From positions 54,152 to 118,151 of the forward strand of contig JAJTWZ010000005.1 of NCBI GenBank assembly GCA_021463145.1: a stretch of DNA of 64,000 bases, given 5' to 3'. Positions 43,395-53,340 of the stretch are shown here, in pieces (position 1 is the stretch's first letter; every line of letters starts with the position of its first letter). The DNA comes from Blastocatellia bacterium (lineage in GTDB: Bacteria > Acidobacteriota > Blastocatellia > UBA7656 > JADIYM01). The position numbers were made by a program, and so were the translations under genes. The notes under the pieces were generated by a model. That model was not told where the DNA came from and did no database searches. It worked only from the letters and a program-made list of their open reading frames with translations.

Positions 43395-44096
43395 ATGACG
43401 AACATCACGCGACGTAGTGCACTGCAATCGATGGCGATTGCGGGAACCGGTCTCGCTGTTGGCGTAACGGCGTCTGCGCAGGACGCGGCGACGAAACCGG
43501 CAACTGCCGGAATGAAAGTGCCGGCCTACTCGGCGGCCGTCTACAAACTCGACGACCTTGTCGGACTCAACAAGGATCTGCTCGAACAGCACTACAAGCT
43601 CTACACCGGCTACGTGAACAACACGAACAAGGCGAACGCGGCGCTGTCTGAGATGCTCGCCGCCGGCAAGGCCGATTCGGCGGAGTTCAACGAGTATCGC
43701 CGCCGGCTTGGCTTCGAGTACAACGGCATGCGTCTGCACGAGTACTACTTCGGCTGCATGAAGTCTGGCGGCTCGCCGGTCGACGCGAAGCTCAAGAAGG
43801 CCGTCGGGGACGTCTGGGGGTCGTGGGAGGCCTGGATGACGGACTTCGTTCGGACCGGGATGATGCGCGGCGTCGGCTGGTCGATTCTCTACCAGGATCC
43901 GATGAACGGCGCTCTTTCGCACCACTGGATCGGCGATCACGAGTACTTCCATCCCGCCGGTTTCTCGCCGATTCTCGTGATGGATGTCTGGGAGCACGCG
44001 TTCCTGCTCCAGTTCGGCGCCGGGGGCAGGAAGGCATACGTCGATGCATTCTTCAAGAACGTCGACTGGTCCATCGTCGGCAAGCGTTTGAAGTAG
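43395..44096 (+). CDS. Tat-exported Fe/Mn superoxide dismutase-family protein (ChrC-like)
   Basis: TRRSAL Tat signal; ligands in QHYKLY, HEYYF, DVWEHA; SD AAGGAG. Confidence 0.85.
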   Translation: MTNITRRSALQSMAIAGTGLAVGVTASAQDAATKPATAGMKVPAYSAAVYKLDDLVGLNKDLLEQHYKLYTGYVNNTNKANAALSEMLAAGKADSAEFNEYRRRLGFEYNGMRLHEYYFGCMKSGGSPVDAKLKKAVGDVWGSWEAWMTDFVRTGMMRGVGWSILYQDPMNGALSHHWIGDHEYFHPAGFSPILVMDVWEHAFLLQFGAGGRKAYVDAFFKNVDWSIVGKRLK

Positions 44097-44243
44097 TTCG
44101 GGGCGGAGAATGTGAACCGGTCCGTTCCTTAGAACTTCACTAGACATGATTTAGGAGGTGCTAAAGATCTAGGCGCACGGCAGGTCCCAGGATGTGAGTG
44201 TGAGGGTGGAGCCCTCACGACATTCACTTCGGAGGAACTCGCC

Positions 44244-45878
44244 ATGACTCGCATTTCAAGGGCCTCGCTCGGCATCGCGTTGTTGACGGCGCTGGGCTGC
44301 GGCCTTCCCGCTTCCGCACGATCTGCCTCGGCGCAGGTCGTTAACGTATCGATCAATCCGGTCACGTCGGGCGAACGCTGCGACTACGACGGCGACGGCA
44401 TCGACGATCTCGTCGTCGGATCGCCCGGCGAGAGTATCGGCATAGCACCGTTCACATTTCCGATACTGGACGCCGGGCAGATCAACGCCCTTTACGGCAC
44501 GACGTCCGGGCTTTCGTCGCAGGGCGATCAGGCGTTCGACATGCGCGACGCAGGCGTCCAGGGAACTCCGGCGGATGGCGACAACTTTGGCGGGTCGCTC
44601 GCGTCCGGCGATTTCAACGGCGACGGATTCTCGGATCTGGCAATCGGAGCTCCACACATCGCCGAGATCTCAGGCCCGCTCGGTGGTCGCGTGAACGTTT
44701 TCTACGGCGATGCTGGCGGCCTGGATCGCAACCATGACCAGAGCTTCTCGCAGGACACCGCGGGCGTAGAAGACGACGCGGAACTTGGCGATCTCTTCGG
44801 ATTCGCGATCGCATCGGGCGACTTCAATGCCGACGGCAGAACGGACCTCGCAATTTCGGCGCCTGGCGAGTTCATAAATTCCATTGCGGGAACCGATCAC
44901 GGCGCGGTTCACATACTCTACGGTACCGCATCAGGACTGTCCGCTGCCGCGGATCAATTTTTCACCCAGAACTCGCCCGATATAGGCGACTCGGCAGAAT
45001 CGGGCGATCGGTTCGGCCACGCGCTGGCTACTGGCGATTTCAACGGCGACTTCGTTTCCGACCTCGCCATCGGCGTCCCGTTCGAGGACAACGGGGCGAC
45101 TCCCAACGAAGGCACCGTGCACGTTCTGTTCGGCGCAGCAAATGTCGGCCTGTCGGGAACCGGATCTCGTCAACTGCAGCGCCGTACAAGAATCGTCGCG
45201 GGCCTGCCCGACGACACGGGCTACCAGTTCGGATTCGCGCTCGCGGCCGGCGACACGGACGGGGACGGTTTCGACGACCTGGCTGTCGGGATGCCCGGCG
45301 ACGACACGAGCAGCGCAATCGACTCGGGCTCGGTCATGCTCTTCGAAGGCACGGCGACCGGAGCATTCACGCGATTCGCGGCGGTGATCAACGAGGAACC
45401 GAACGGAATCCAGGGTCTCGCCGAAACCGGCGACCGGTTCGGGGCTTCGCTGACGATTGCGAAGCTCGGCGCCGATGCCTTCGAGGATCTCGTCATCGGA
45501 GTGCCTGGCGACCGCGTCGGTTCACAGGACGGCGCCGGAAGCGTCCACGTATTCATGTCGAAATTCTTCGGCGTCGACCTCGGCGACCAGTTCGTGCTCA
45601 CACAGGAATTCCTGGACTCGGGCGCTGCGGAGGCCGGCGATGCGTTCGGTTCGGCTGTCTCGAACGGCGACTACAACGGCGACGGCTTCGACGACCTGGT
45701 CATTGGCGTGCCACTCGAAGACATCGGCATCGATACGGATTGCGGCGCCGTGCACGTCGTTTACTCGAGTCTCTCCGGTCCCATCACCGACGAAGGCGTA
45801 CAACTCTGGTCACAAGGCGCGTCGGGAATCGATGGCACGCGGAAGAGTCACGAGAGATTCGGCTCGGCGATGCGCTGA
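44244..45878 (+). CDS. Secreted FG-GAP (integrin-alpha-like) beta-propeller protein
   Basis: Signal peptide; about 7 repeats of FG..LA.GDFNGDG..DLAIGAP..G.V.V.YG. Confidence 0.9.
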   Translation: MTRISRASLGIALLTALGCGLPASARSASAQVVNVSINPVTSGERCDYDGDGIDDLVVGSPGESIGIAPFTFPILDAGQINALYGTTSGLSSQGDQAFDMRDAGVQGTPADGDNFGGSLASGDFNGDGFSDLAIGAPHIAEISGPLGGRVNVFYGDAGGLDRNHDQSFSQDTAGVEDDAELGDLFGFAIASGDFNADGRTDLAISAPGEFINSIAGTDHGAVHILYGTASGLSAAADQFFTQNSPDIGDSAESGDRFGHALATGDFNGDFVSDLAIGVPFEDNGATPNEGTVHVLFGAANVGLSGTGSRQLQRRTRIVAGLPDDTGYQFGFALAAGDTDGDGFDDLAVGMPGDDTSSAIDSGSVMLFEGTATGAFTRFAAVINEEPNGIQGLAETGDRFGASLTIAKLGADAFEDLVIGVPGDRVGSQDGAGSVHVFMSKFFGVDLGDQFVLTQEFLDSGAAEAGDAFGSAVSNGDYNGDGFDDLVIGVPLEDIGIDTDCGAVHVVYSSLSGPITDEGVQLWSQGASGIDGTRKSHERFGSAMR

Positions 45879-46157
45879 CCGAAAAGGGGAACTGGACGGG
45901 GTCAACGAATTTTCCCGAATGGTCCGCGGCGATTCCAGATTCCCGTCCAGATCCTCGGTTGTCAATTCCTGAACCGGCCTGGCCAGCCGAAAGGCCTGTT
46001 GCCGCATCATGCGTGGAGCGCGATAATCCCCCCGGTTCCCATCGCGCCAGGGCGACCCCCACTCTCCACTTCGAACACGGCGCCCGATCGGACCCGCACG
46101 CCGGAGGAGTCCCACACCTCTTCCGATCTATTCTGACGCCGCGACGAGGTCGCAAAT

Positions 46158-49100
46158 ATGAGCGTCGACTGGCATCGCGTAAAGGAACTGTTCAACGAGG
46201 CAGTGGACCTGCCGGCGGATGAGCGGGATGTCTTCCTGAGCACGGCGTGCGCGGGCAATGCAGCCCTGCGGTGCGAAATCGATGCACTGCTCGAGACCGA
46301 ATCGGTGGCTGCAGGAGTGCCGCCTGACCCTGAACCTGGAACCGGCGCGACGGCCACGGCCGATGCCGCCGAAATCTCGACCGAGCCCCGGGCCCGGCAG
46401 AATGTCATCTCGAGCGGCAAACTCCGGTTCTGTCCGCGCTGCAGCGGCCGGTTCTCGACGGCCGACACGATCTGCCCCGTCGACGGAGAATTGCTCGTCG
46501 AGGACCCTGAAGCGCTGGTCGATACGACGATCGACGGGCTTTACCACGTTACCAGGTTGATCGGCCGGGGCGGGTTCGGCGTCGTCTATCTGGCCCGCCA
46601 CGTCCTGCTCCGTGACATGGTGGCGATAAAAGTGCTGCCGAGCCATCTCAGTTCGGATCCCGAGCGCATCGAGCGGTTCCTGCGCGAGGGACAGGCGGCA
46701 CGCGCAATCAGCCATCCGAATCTCGTCACCGTGTACGACTTGCGAGCGACGAAGGACGGCCTGACCTTCATGGTGCAGGAGTTCGTCGAAGGACGTACCC
46801 TGCGTGACGAGCTTCAGTTGCGGGGCTCGTTCGCGCCGGCCGACGCCCTGACGATTCTCGACCCCATTGCGGCCGCCCTGGACGAAGCCCACGCTCACGG
46901 TATCGTCCATCGCGATCTGAAGCCCGACAACATCATGTTGAGCGTGTCCGGCGCCCGGCGATCGGCCAAATTGCTCGATCTCGGGATCGTGAAGCTCCAG
47001 GAGATCCTGTCGGAGCCGTCCGGCTCGAACCACGACGTCACGCACCCCGGCCATTTCATCGGCACTCCGTCTTACATGTCGCCCGAACAATGGGGAACGC
47101 CGCAGGCCGATGGCGGTCCGGATATCGACGGCCGCGCCGACGTGTACAGCCTGGGCGTCGTGATTTACGAAATGCTGAGCGGGCGACAACCGTTTCGCGG
47201 CCGGAATCTCAGCGAGATCCGGCGGGCACACCTGATCGACCCGCCGCCGAGGATCAGCGAATGGGATCCCACCCTGCCGCTCTCATTTTCGGAAACGCTC
47301 GCGCGGTCCATGGCCAAGTCGCGAGCGGATCGCCCCGCCTCGGCCGGCGCATTGCTGCTGGACTTGCGCAGGGCGCTTGGCGGCTCGGCGGCTTCCGAGC
47401 GGCCGAGCCATTCGGCAGGATCGCTGCCGACGCGAGAGATTCCGCCGACCGACGTTGCGACGACTCACGCCCTCGGCGAGACCGCGCGGGATCGCGGCGC
47501 CGCGAACTGGCGCGGCGCCAGGCTCGTCGCGGTTGCAGTCCTGGTCGCGGCGGTGCTCGGTGTCGCGCTGCTCGGCGCGTGGAGGTATTTGCAACCTCCG
47601 GAGAACGGCCCGTCGAAACCCCGCGTCGCGGATGCGGGCGAGCTCATCACGAACACGGGCAATGCGGTCGATGCGGCCATCTCGCCTGACGGAACGCGTG
47701 TCGCGACGGTGCTTCGCGCCGGGTCGAAGTACCAGTTGAACGTCGTGCACCTGCCCACCCGCGGAACACAGCCACTGGGCGAGCCGGTGGACGCGAGACT
47801 CTACGGCCTGACGTTCTCTCCCGATGGGAACTACCTGTACTTCGTCGAAGAGCCTCCGGTCTCGGGTCCAAGCACGCTTCAGAGGGTTTCGATCGGCGGA
47901 GGGACGCCGCAACGGGTGCTGACGGGGATCGAAAGCGCCATCGCGTTTTCACCGAAGGGCGACGAGATCGCGTTCGTGCGAGGCGGTTCGAGCGCGGGTG
48001 TGCGGGAGCTCGCGGTGGCCGCGGTCGACGGGACGAACGTCCACGCAATGGCGTCCACCGAAGGAACCCAGCTATTCGCACCGGAAGGCCCGGCCTGGTC
48101 GCCTGCTGGCGACCGGATCGCTTGCTCGGTAATGGATACCGGCAACGGATTCCGCGGATATGTCGGCATCGTAACTACGGCGGATGGGCTCCTCACACCT
48201 CTTACCGGACTCGACTGGTTCTATGTCGGCCGCGTGCAATGGCTCGCGGACGGCGAGCGGATCATCGTTTCCGCGGCGAAGGACTCGCTCGGCTCGATGC
48301 AGCTCTGGAGTGTAGCCTTTCCGTCCGGTGAGCTGGCGCCGGTGCGCGCCGATCTCAACAGTAACGACGGTGTCGGCGTCTCGGCCGACATGCGAACTCT
48401 CGTGACCGTCCGAACGAGCTTACCGACGAGCGTGTGGCAGCGATCGCTCTCCGAGTCTGGCGACGATCGTCCGCTGCCGCTCGGGACGACACGTTTCTAC
48501 GGCGTGTCGTGGACGGCGGATGGACGCCTGCTCTACTCGTCGGCGTCGGCCGGTTCGGCGGACGTCTGGATCGCCGACTCTGACGGTCGCAATGCCCGTC
48601 AACTGACATTCGAGGACTCTCTCGATCGCGACCCGGTGATGACAAGGGACGGCCGGTACATCTTCTATGCGTCGAACCGCGCGGGGACGTTCAATATCTG
48701 GAGGATGACCGCCGATGGAGCGGAGCATCGACAGATCACGTTCGGAACCGACGACGAGTTCCCGTCGTGCTCGCCGGACGGCAGGTTCATCGTCTACCAG
48801 ACCTTTGTGGACCTGGCGCCGCAGGTGTGGCGCGCTGGAATCGACGGCGGCGATCCGTCGAGGATTTGCGAGGCGCCCGCCAAATGGCCCGTGATCTCGC
48901 CGGACGGCTCGCGTGTCGCGTGCGCGCAACTCGACACGACTTCGATGACGTGGAAGGCGGCGGTCTTTCCTTTGTCCGGGGGCGGCCCTACGAGCGCATT
49001 CGATATCCCGATGTTGTCCGTTCCGCGATTCGAGTGGCAGCGAGTCCGGTGGTCTACAGATGGACTCTCGATCACCTACCTAGCGGATGAAAACGGAGGC

Positions 49101-49268
49101 AGTTCTCTCTACTCGATCGCACTCCTGGATGGCTCGCGGAACCTCGTTGCAACTTTCCAGCGTGACCAGGTACTCAGCTACGATGTCCGCGATCGGGTGA
49201 TGATCGCAACACGATCGCCAATGACGAGCGACATACTGCTCATCCGTGACTTTGCATTGGATCGGTGA
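46158..49268 (+). CDS. Ser/Thr kinase with TM and TolB/PD40-like beta-propellers
   Basis: IGRGGFG, HRDLKPDN, DLG, GTPSYMSPE; TM; many SPDG/WSP repeats; internal CPRC..CPVDG zinc ribbon. Confidence 0.9.
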   Translation: MSVDWHRVKELFNEAVDLPADERDVFLSTACAGNAALRCEIDALLETESVAAGVPPDPEPGTGATATADAAEISTEPRARQNVISSGKLRFCPRCSGRFSTADTICPVDGELLVEDPEALVDTTIDGLYHVTRLIGRGGFGVVYLARHVLLRDMVAIKVLPSHLSSDPERIERFLREGQAARAISHPNLVTVYDLRATKDGLTFMVQEFVEGRTLRDELQLRGSFAPADALTILDPIAAALDEAHAHGIVHRDLKPDNIMLSVSGARRSAKLLDLGIVKLQEILSEPSGSNHDVTHPGHFIGTPSYMSPEQWGTPQADGGPDIDGRADVYSLGVVIYEMLSGRQPFRGRNLSEIRRAHLIDPPPRISEWDPTLPLSFSETLARSMAKSRADRPASAGALLLDLRRALGGSAASERPSHSAGSLPTREIPPTDVATTHALGETARDRGAANWRGARLVAVAVLVAAVLGVALLGAWRYLQPPENGPSKPRVADAGELITNTGNAVDAAISPDGTRVATVLRAGSKYQLNVVHLPTRGTQPLGEPVDARLYGLTFSPDGNYLYFVEEPPVSGPSTLQRVSIGGGTPQRVLTGIESAIAFSPKGDEIAFVRGGSSAGVRELAVAAVDGTNVHAMASTEGTQLFAPEGPAWSPAGDRIACSVMDTGNGFRGYVGIVTTADGLLTPLTGLDWFYVGRVQWLADGERIIVSAAKDSLGSMQLWSVAFPSGELAPVRADLNSNDGVGVSADMRTLVTVRTSLPTSVWQRSLSESGDDRPLPLGTTRFYGVSWTADGRLLYSSASAGSADVWIADSDGRNARQLTFEDSLDRDPVMTRDGRYIFYASNRAGTFNIWRMTADGAEHRQITFGTDDEFPSCSPDGRFIVYQTFVDLAPQVWRAGIDGGDPSRICEAPAKWPVISPDGSRVACAQLDTTSMTWKAAVFPLSGGGPTSAFDIPMLSVPRFEWQRVRWSTDGLSITYLADENGGSSLYSIALLDGSRNLVATFQRDQVLSYDVRDRVMIATRSPMTSDILLIRDFALDR

Positions 49269-49286
49269 TGGTGCGGCTGGAAACGG

Positions 49287-49580
49287 TCAGGCTCCCGTGT
49301 CGTCCCCGCCCCCCGGCCAGTTCTCGGGCCGAACGCTCGGGCCGCTGCCATCGCGAAGGCACCATGGCGGACACTTCGGAAGCCTTTCGCCGGCGAGTAC
49401 CTCAGCGAATGCGGTGAGGATGCGTCCCTGGTCGTGCGCGCTTAGCGGGACCTTGCCCGTGGCCGGCAGGTCGGATAGTGACTTCGTCCCGGTCATCAAC
49501 GCGGCGAAGTTGTAGAGCGTCTCTTCGAGAAACGCCACGCGGGCCTGCAAGTCTTCGATCGGATCGGTGGGAGTCGTCAC
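49287..49580 (-). CDS. Hypothetical protein
   Basis: SD GAGGTG before GTG; coiled-coil-like N-terminus; no recognised family. Confidence 0.5.
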   Translation of the reverse strand: MTTPTDPIEDLQARVAFLEETLYNFAALMTGTKSLSDLPATGKVPLSAHDQGRILTAFAEVLAGERLPKCPPWCLRDGSGPSVRPENWPGGGDDTGA

Positions 49581-49717
49581 GATCTACACCTCTAGCTTCA
49601 CTTGAGTGGGCGGGGGCCGGCCCATAGTCGTCCAGCAGCGGCCGCGAGTCAACAGAATCGGTTTGAAATCGGGGGAATCGGAGGTCAACTTTCCCGCCGA
49701 GGTTCCGATCATGGGGC

Positions 49718-50146
49718 GTGAAATTTCCAACACTCTATTTCCCGAGCCGAGCGCGCTTCTGCTGCGACTGCGGCGAATCGCTGACGGACCGGAATCGGCC
49801 GCGGACCGGCGGGCCGCGATGCCGCGGTTGCCGGTCAATCGCCAACCCGCGTCCCGGGCTCGTCGCGGCACTTGTGCTTACAGCGGCCGCCGCGGCGGCG
49901 TTCGCGGCTGGCAGGTTCTTCGGGCCGATTGGGCCACCCGCGTATTCCACGGCGTCACCGCCGCACCTCGACGTGTCGAACGTGCCGGCGAACCCGGACG
50001 CGGCGCCGGAGCCGCCCGAACCGCCGTCGCCGTGCGGGGGCCGCACGCGAAAGGGAACGAAGTGCAAGCGGCTGGTCCGCGGCGGCGGCCGCTGCTGGCA
50101 GCACGGCGGCCCCCAACAAGGCAACAAGAGCCGGGACCACCAATAG
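49718..50146 (+). CDS. Zinc-ribbon / TM / C3H (HGGxSTG-like) small protein
   Basis: CCDC..CRGC; TM GLVAALVLTAAAAAAFAAG; CGGRTRKGTKCKR..GRCWQHGG. Confidence 0.6.
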   Translation: MKFPTLYFPSRARFCCDCGESLTDRNRPRTGGPRCRGCRSIANPRPGLVAALVLTAAAAAAFAAGRFFGPIGPPAYSTASPPHLDVSNVPANPDAAPEPPEPPSPCGGRTRKGTKCKRLVRGGGRCWQHGGPQQGNKSRDHQ

Positions 50147-50337
50147 CGGCCGGGTCCAGATCTGCTTCGGTCCATACCGGATGAACCGAGTTTCTACGCT
50201 GGTCCCGATCGTCAATACTCGACGGGCGGGCCGAAGACTGCTTCATCCCGCACGGACGCAACCACATCTCCACCCGGCCGCTATCGCTCCCGGCCCCGAT
50301 CTGGCAACCTAGACGCTCTGTTCGTCAGGAGGTCTTC

Positions 50338-51315
50338 GTGAGCCAGTCACCCGTCAGCGATTTCGTCCGCCATCACTTCCGGCACTTCAACGCCGCCGCG
50401 CTCATCGACGCGGCCGATGCCTACCGCCGGCACCTCGGCGGCGGCGGCAAGATGCTCGTCACTCTGGCCGGCGCGATGAGCACGGCCGAGCTCGGCCTGT
50501 CGCTCGCCGAGATGATCCGCCAGGACAAGGTCCACGCCATCTCGTGCACCGGCGCAAACCTCGAAGAAGACCTCTTCAATCTCGTTGCCCACGACTTCTA
50601 CGAGCGCGTCCCGCATTACCGCGACCTCACGCCGGACGACGAAGCCGCCCTGCTCGCCAGGCACATGAACCGAGTCACCGACACGTGCATTCCCGAAGAG
50701 GAGGCCATGCGCCGCCTCGAGTCCGCTCTCGTCGAGGTCTGGACTGCCGCCGACAGCGCTGGCGAACGGCATTTCCCGCACCAGTTCATGTACCAGGTGC
50801 TGCGCTCCGGCGTGCTCCGGGACTCGTATCAGATCGACCCGAAGGACTCGTGGATGATCGCCGCGGCCGAGAAGGACCTGCCGATGATCGTGCCCGGCTG
50901 GGAAGACTCGACCATGGGTAACATGTTCGCCGGACACGTGATCACCGGCGACGTGAAGAACGTCCACACCGTCCGCACCGGTATCGAGTACATGACGTGG
51001 CTCGCCGACTGGTACAGCGAGACCAGCGCCGGCCATTCGATCGGGTTCTTCCAGATCGGCGGCGGTATCGCTGGCGACTTCCCGATCTGCGTGGTGCCGA
51101 TGCTGCATCAGGACCTGGGGCGCACCGGCGTGCCTGTATGGGGATACTTCGCACAGATCTCGGATTCGACTACTAGCTACGGATCGTATTCGGGCGCCGT
51201 GCCGAACGAGAAGATCACGTGGGGGAAACTGGCGGCGGACACGCCGAAATTCATCGTCGAGTCGGACGCGTCGATCGTGGCCCCGCTGATCTTCGCGATG
51301 CTGCTCGGTTGGTAG
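50338..51315 (+). CDS. Deoxyhypusine synthase-family protein (bacterial, homospermidine synthase-like)
   Basis: LAGAMST, TGANLEED, NRVTD, GGG, GSYSGAVPNEKITWGK; SD AGGAGG. Confidence 0.9.
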   Translation: MSQSPVSDFVRHHFRHFNAAALIDAADAYRRHLGGGGKMLVTLAGAMSTAELGLSLAEMIRQDKVHAISCTGANLEEDLFNLVAHDFYERVPHYRDLTPDDEAALLARHMNRVTDTCIPEEEAMRRLESALVEVWTAADSAGERHFPHQFMYQVLRSGVLRDSYQIDPKDSWMIAAAEKDLPMIVPGWEDSTMGNMFAGHVITGDVKNVHTVRTGIEYMTWLADWYSETSAGHSIGFFQIGGGIAGDFPICVVPMLHQDLGRTGVPVWGYFAQISDSTTSYGSYSGAVPNEKITWGKLAADTPKFIVESDASIVAPLIFAMLLGW

Positions 51316-51425
51316 AATGCCGCGATGCCCTGTATTTCTCTTTTGTCGTCACGGGCGGTGCTCGGGCACGCCCAATGTGACCCGACGATATCCGGTCGAT
51401 CCCGATGTTTCTGGAGGCGAATGAA

Positions 51426-51857
51426 ATGAGATCCCGACTGACTGTCATTCCCGCACTCGTACTTTCGATGGCGTTTTGTGGTCTGTTTCCCGCGGCCGTA
51501 TCAGGCGGCGTTCCGTTCGAGGGTGAGCAGTTTCCGACGCCTGCGCTCAAGGCGTTCCACGATGCGATGCAGCCGCTGGTTCACGAGGCGGCGCCCGCGA
51601 AAGACGCTGCGCGGATCCGCGCGGCCGTGCCCGACCTCGACGCGAAGCGAAGCGCCATCCTGCGCGGTGGCACAGGCTCGGCCGCCGGAAAGGCGAAGCT
51701 CGATGTCGTTAAGTTGCTGGAGGCGTTCAACAGTTCGGTGACGAAGCTCGTCCAGGCGTCGAAGGGAAGCGGAAACGACGATGCCGTGCTCGCGGCGCTC
51801 GATTCGGTACATACGGCGTTCGAGGCGCTCGTCGCCGGGTATCCGGCGAAGGGCTAA
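51426..51857 (+). CDS. Secreted small helical-bundle protein; its 3' end is the IS target site
   Basis: Signal peptide; AFHDAMQPLVH..VHTAFEAL; last codon and TAA are supplied by the IS end. Confidence 0.7.
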   Translation: MRSRLTVIPALVLSMAFCGLFPAAVSGGVPFEGEQFPTPALKAFHDAMQPLVHEAAPAKDAARIRAAVPDLDAKRSAILRGGTGSAAGKAKLDVVKLLEAFNSSVTKLVQASKGSGNDDAVLAALDSVHTAFEALVAGYPAKG

Positions 51858-51881
51858 CCGACATTTGAAGTAGAAAAAGGG

Positions 51882-53237
51882 CTATAGCTCACCCTTCGCC
51901 AGCAGATTCGTCAGTGTAGAAATCGACGCTCCGAAGTCGAGCCAAAGCTGTTCCGGCTCCCGGTGAAGGCTGCCTGCGGGCAATCGGTACAGCACCCCGG
52001 GCTCCGTCATTCCATAGGTCGTGTTCACGCCCTGCGGAGCCCGGCGGGGGAGCTTCGTTCGAACCCGTACGTCCTTTCGAAAGAGCATCTTCGCCCGGAT
52101 CGCCCCGAACGAATAACCCCGGCCGGCCCGGTTCGCCTGGCGGACCAGGCCATTCAGGGCTTCTGTCGCCGCATTGGTTTCACGCACGTCGAAATAGTTG
52201 AAGATGCACGTCCCCCAGTTTCTGAATGCCGTCACGACTGGCTTGAAGGCCGCAGCCACTTCGCCCGAAGCCGGGAGTTGCGCCTTCCATGCGGCAAACG
52301 TCGCCTCTGCCTCCTCGCGGGTTGAACAGTCGTAGATGGCGTAGAACGCTTCCTTCAGTCGGTAGGTCTCGCCCAGGTTCGGGAAATTCACGATCCAGGT
52401 GTCGAGCTTGATCCGCTCGTCCATCTTCAACGCCTTCTCGCGTTTGGCCAGGATGCGCTTGTCGTAGCGGAGCGTTCGCCGCACGGCATCGCTCAGTTCC
52501 GTGCGAAGGGCGCGGCGGACCTTTTCCAAGGCGTCGTTGGCCATGCGGACGACGTGGAACTTGTCGATCACGATGATTGCGCGGCGGAAATACTTCCTGG
52601 CCAGGTCACGATAGGCAGGCCACATGTCGATGGCCACCACCTCGACCAGGTGCGGGTTGGGCATCTGGGAGATGTATGGCTCCAGGGTCGCCTTCGTTCG
52701 GTCGCGGATCATGTCGATGATCGTCCGCTTCTCCAGGTTCGTCAGCACCGCCCGCGACTTGCGGATCAGGTAGATTTCGTCCATCCCGAGCCAGCGCGGT
52801 GTCTCGACGCGGTAATCCTTCCCGAGTTGCTCGCTGTGTTTCTTGAACAGCCGCCGAACTGTGATCTCATTCAGGCCCGTCTCCTGGGCGACGCTCGCGA
52901 AGGTGCGCTTGATGGATTCCTTCATCACGTACTCGACCAGGCGAGTGGTGGCGTGGTGCGAGTCGTCCATTTCGAGCAAGTTCTGCATGAACGTGGCCTT
53001 GCAGCTTCGACACCGGTACCGCCTGCGGTTGACGATGATGATCGTCGCTTTCCCGAGCGTGGGTAGGTCGCGGTAACTTCGCACCTTTATCCCGTGCCCG
53101 TAGAAAGGCGGGTCTGCCCTGCAGACAGGACAGAATTCGGTGATGTTGTAGGTCGGCTCGGCCGTCACCCACCGGGCGTTTTCGTCCTCTTTAACCCTCA
53201 CAACGGTCCACTCAGGCAGGTGCAGAATGTTGGCCAT
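51882..53237 (-). CDS. ISL3-family DDE transposase
   Basis: CPVC..RRYRCRSC zinc finger, LGMDE, IDMWPAY, IDKFHVV, TNAATEALN..GRGYSF. Confidence 0.95.
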   Translation of the reverse strand: MANILHLPEWTVVRVKEDENARWVTAEPTYNITEFCPVCRADPPFYGHGIKVRSYRDLPTLGKATIIIVNRRRYRCRSCKATFMQNLLEMDDSHHATTRLVEYVMKESIKRTFASVAQETGLNEITVRRLFKKHSEQLGKDYRVETPRWLGMDEIYLIRKSRAVLTNLEKRTIIDMIRDRTKATLEPYISQMPNPHLVEVVAIDMWPAYRDLARKYFRRAIIVIDKFHVVRMANDALEKVRRALRTELSDAVRRTLRYDKRILAKREKALKMDERIKLDTWIVNFPNLGETYRLKEAFYAIYDCSTREEAEATFAAWKAQLPASGEVAAAFKPVVTAFRNWGTCIFNYFDVRETNAATEALNGLVRQANRAGRGYSFGAIRAKMLFRKDVRVRTKLPRRAPQGVNTTYGMTEPGVLYRLPAGSLHREPEQLWLDFGASISTLTNLLAKGEL

Positions 53238-53340
53238 GGGGCCGCATTCTACCCGCAATGTCGGAGTTCACCGAAAGGAGGGAGAGCCGCCATCAGGAGC
53301 CGGTCGGACCCGAGCCAAGGAGCGCCCCTGGCTCCGACGC

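Noticed and set aside
44244-45878. Recurring GGCGAYTTCAACGGCGAC DNA repeats
   Set aside because: Explained by the FG-GAP protein repeats (GDFNGD)
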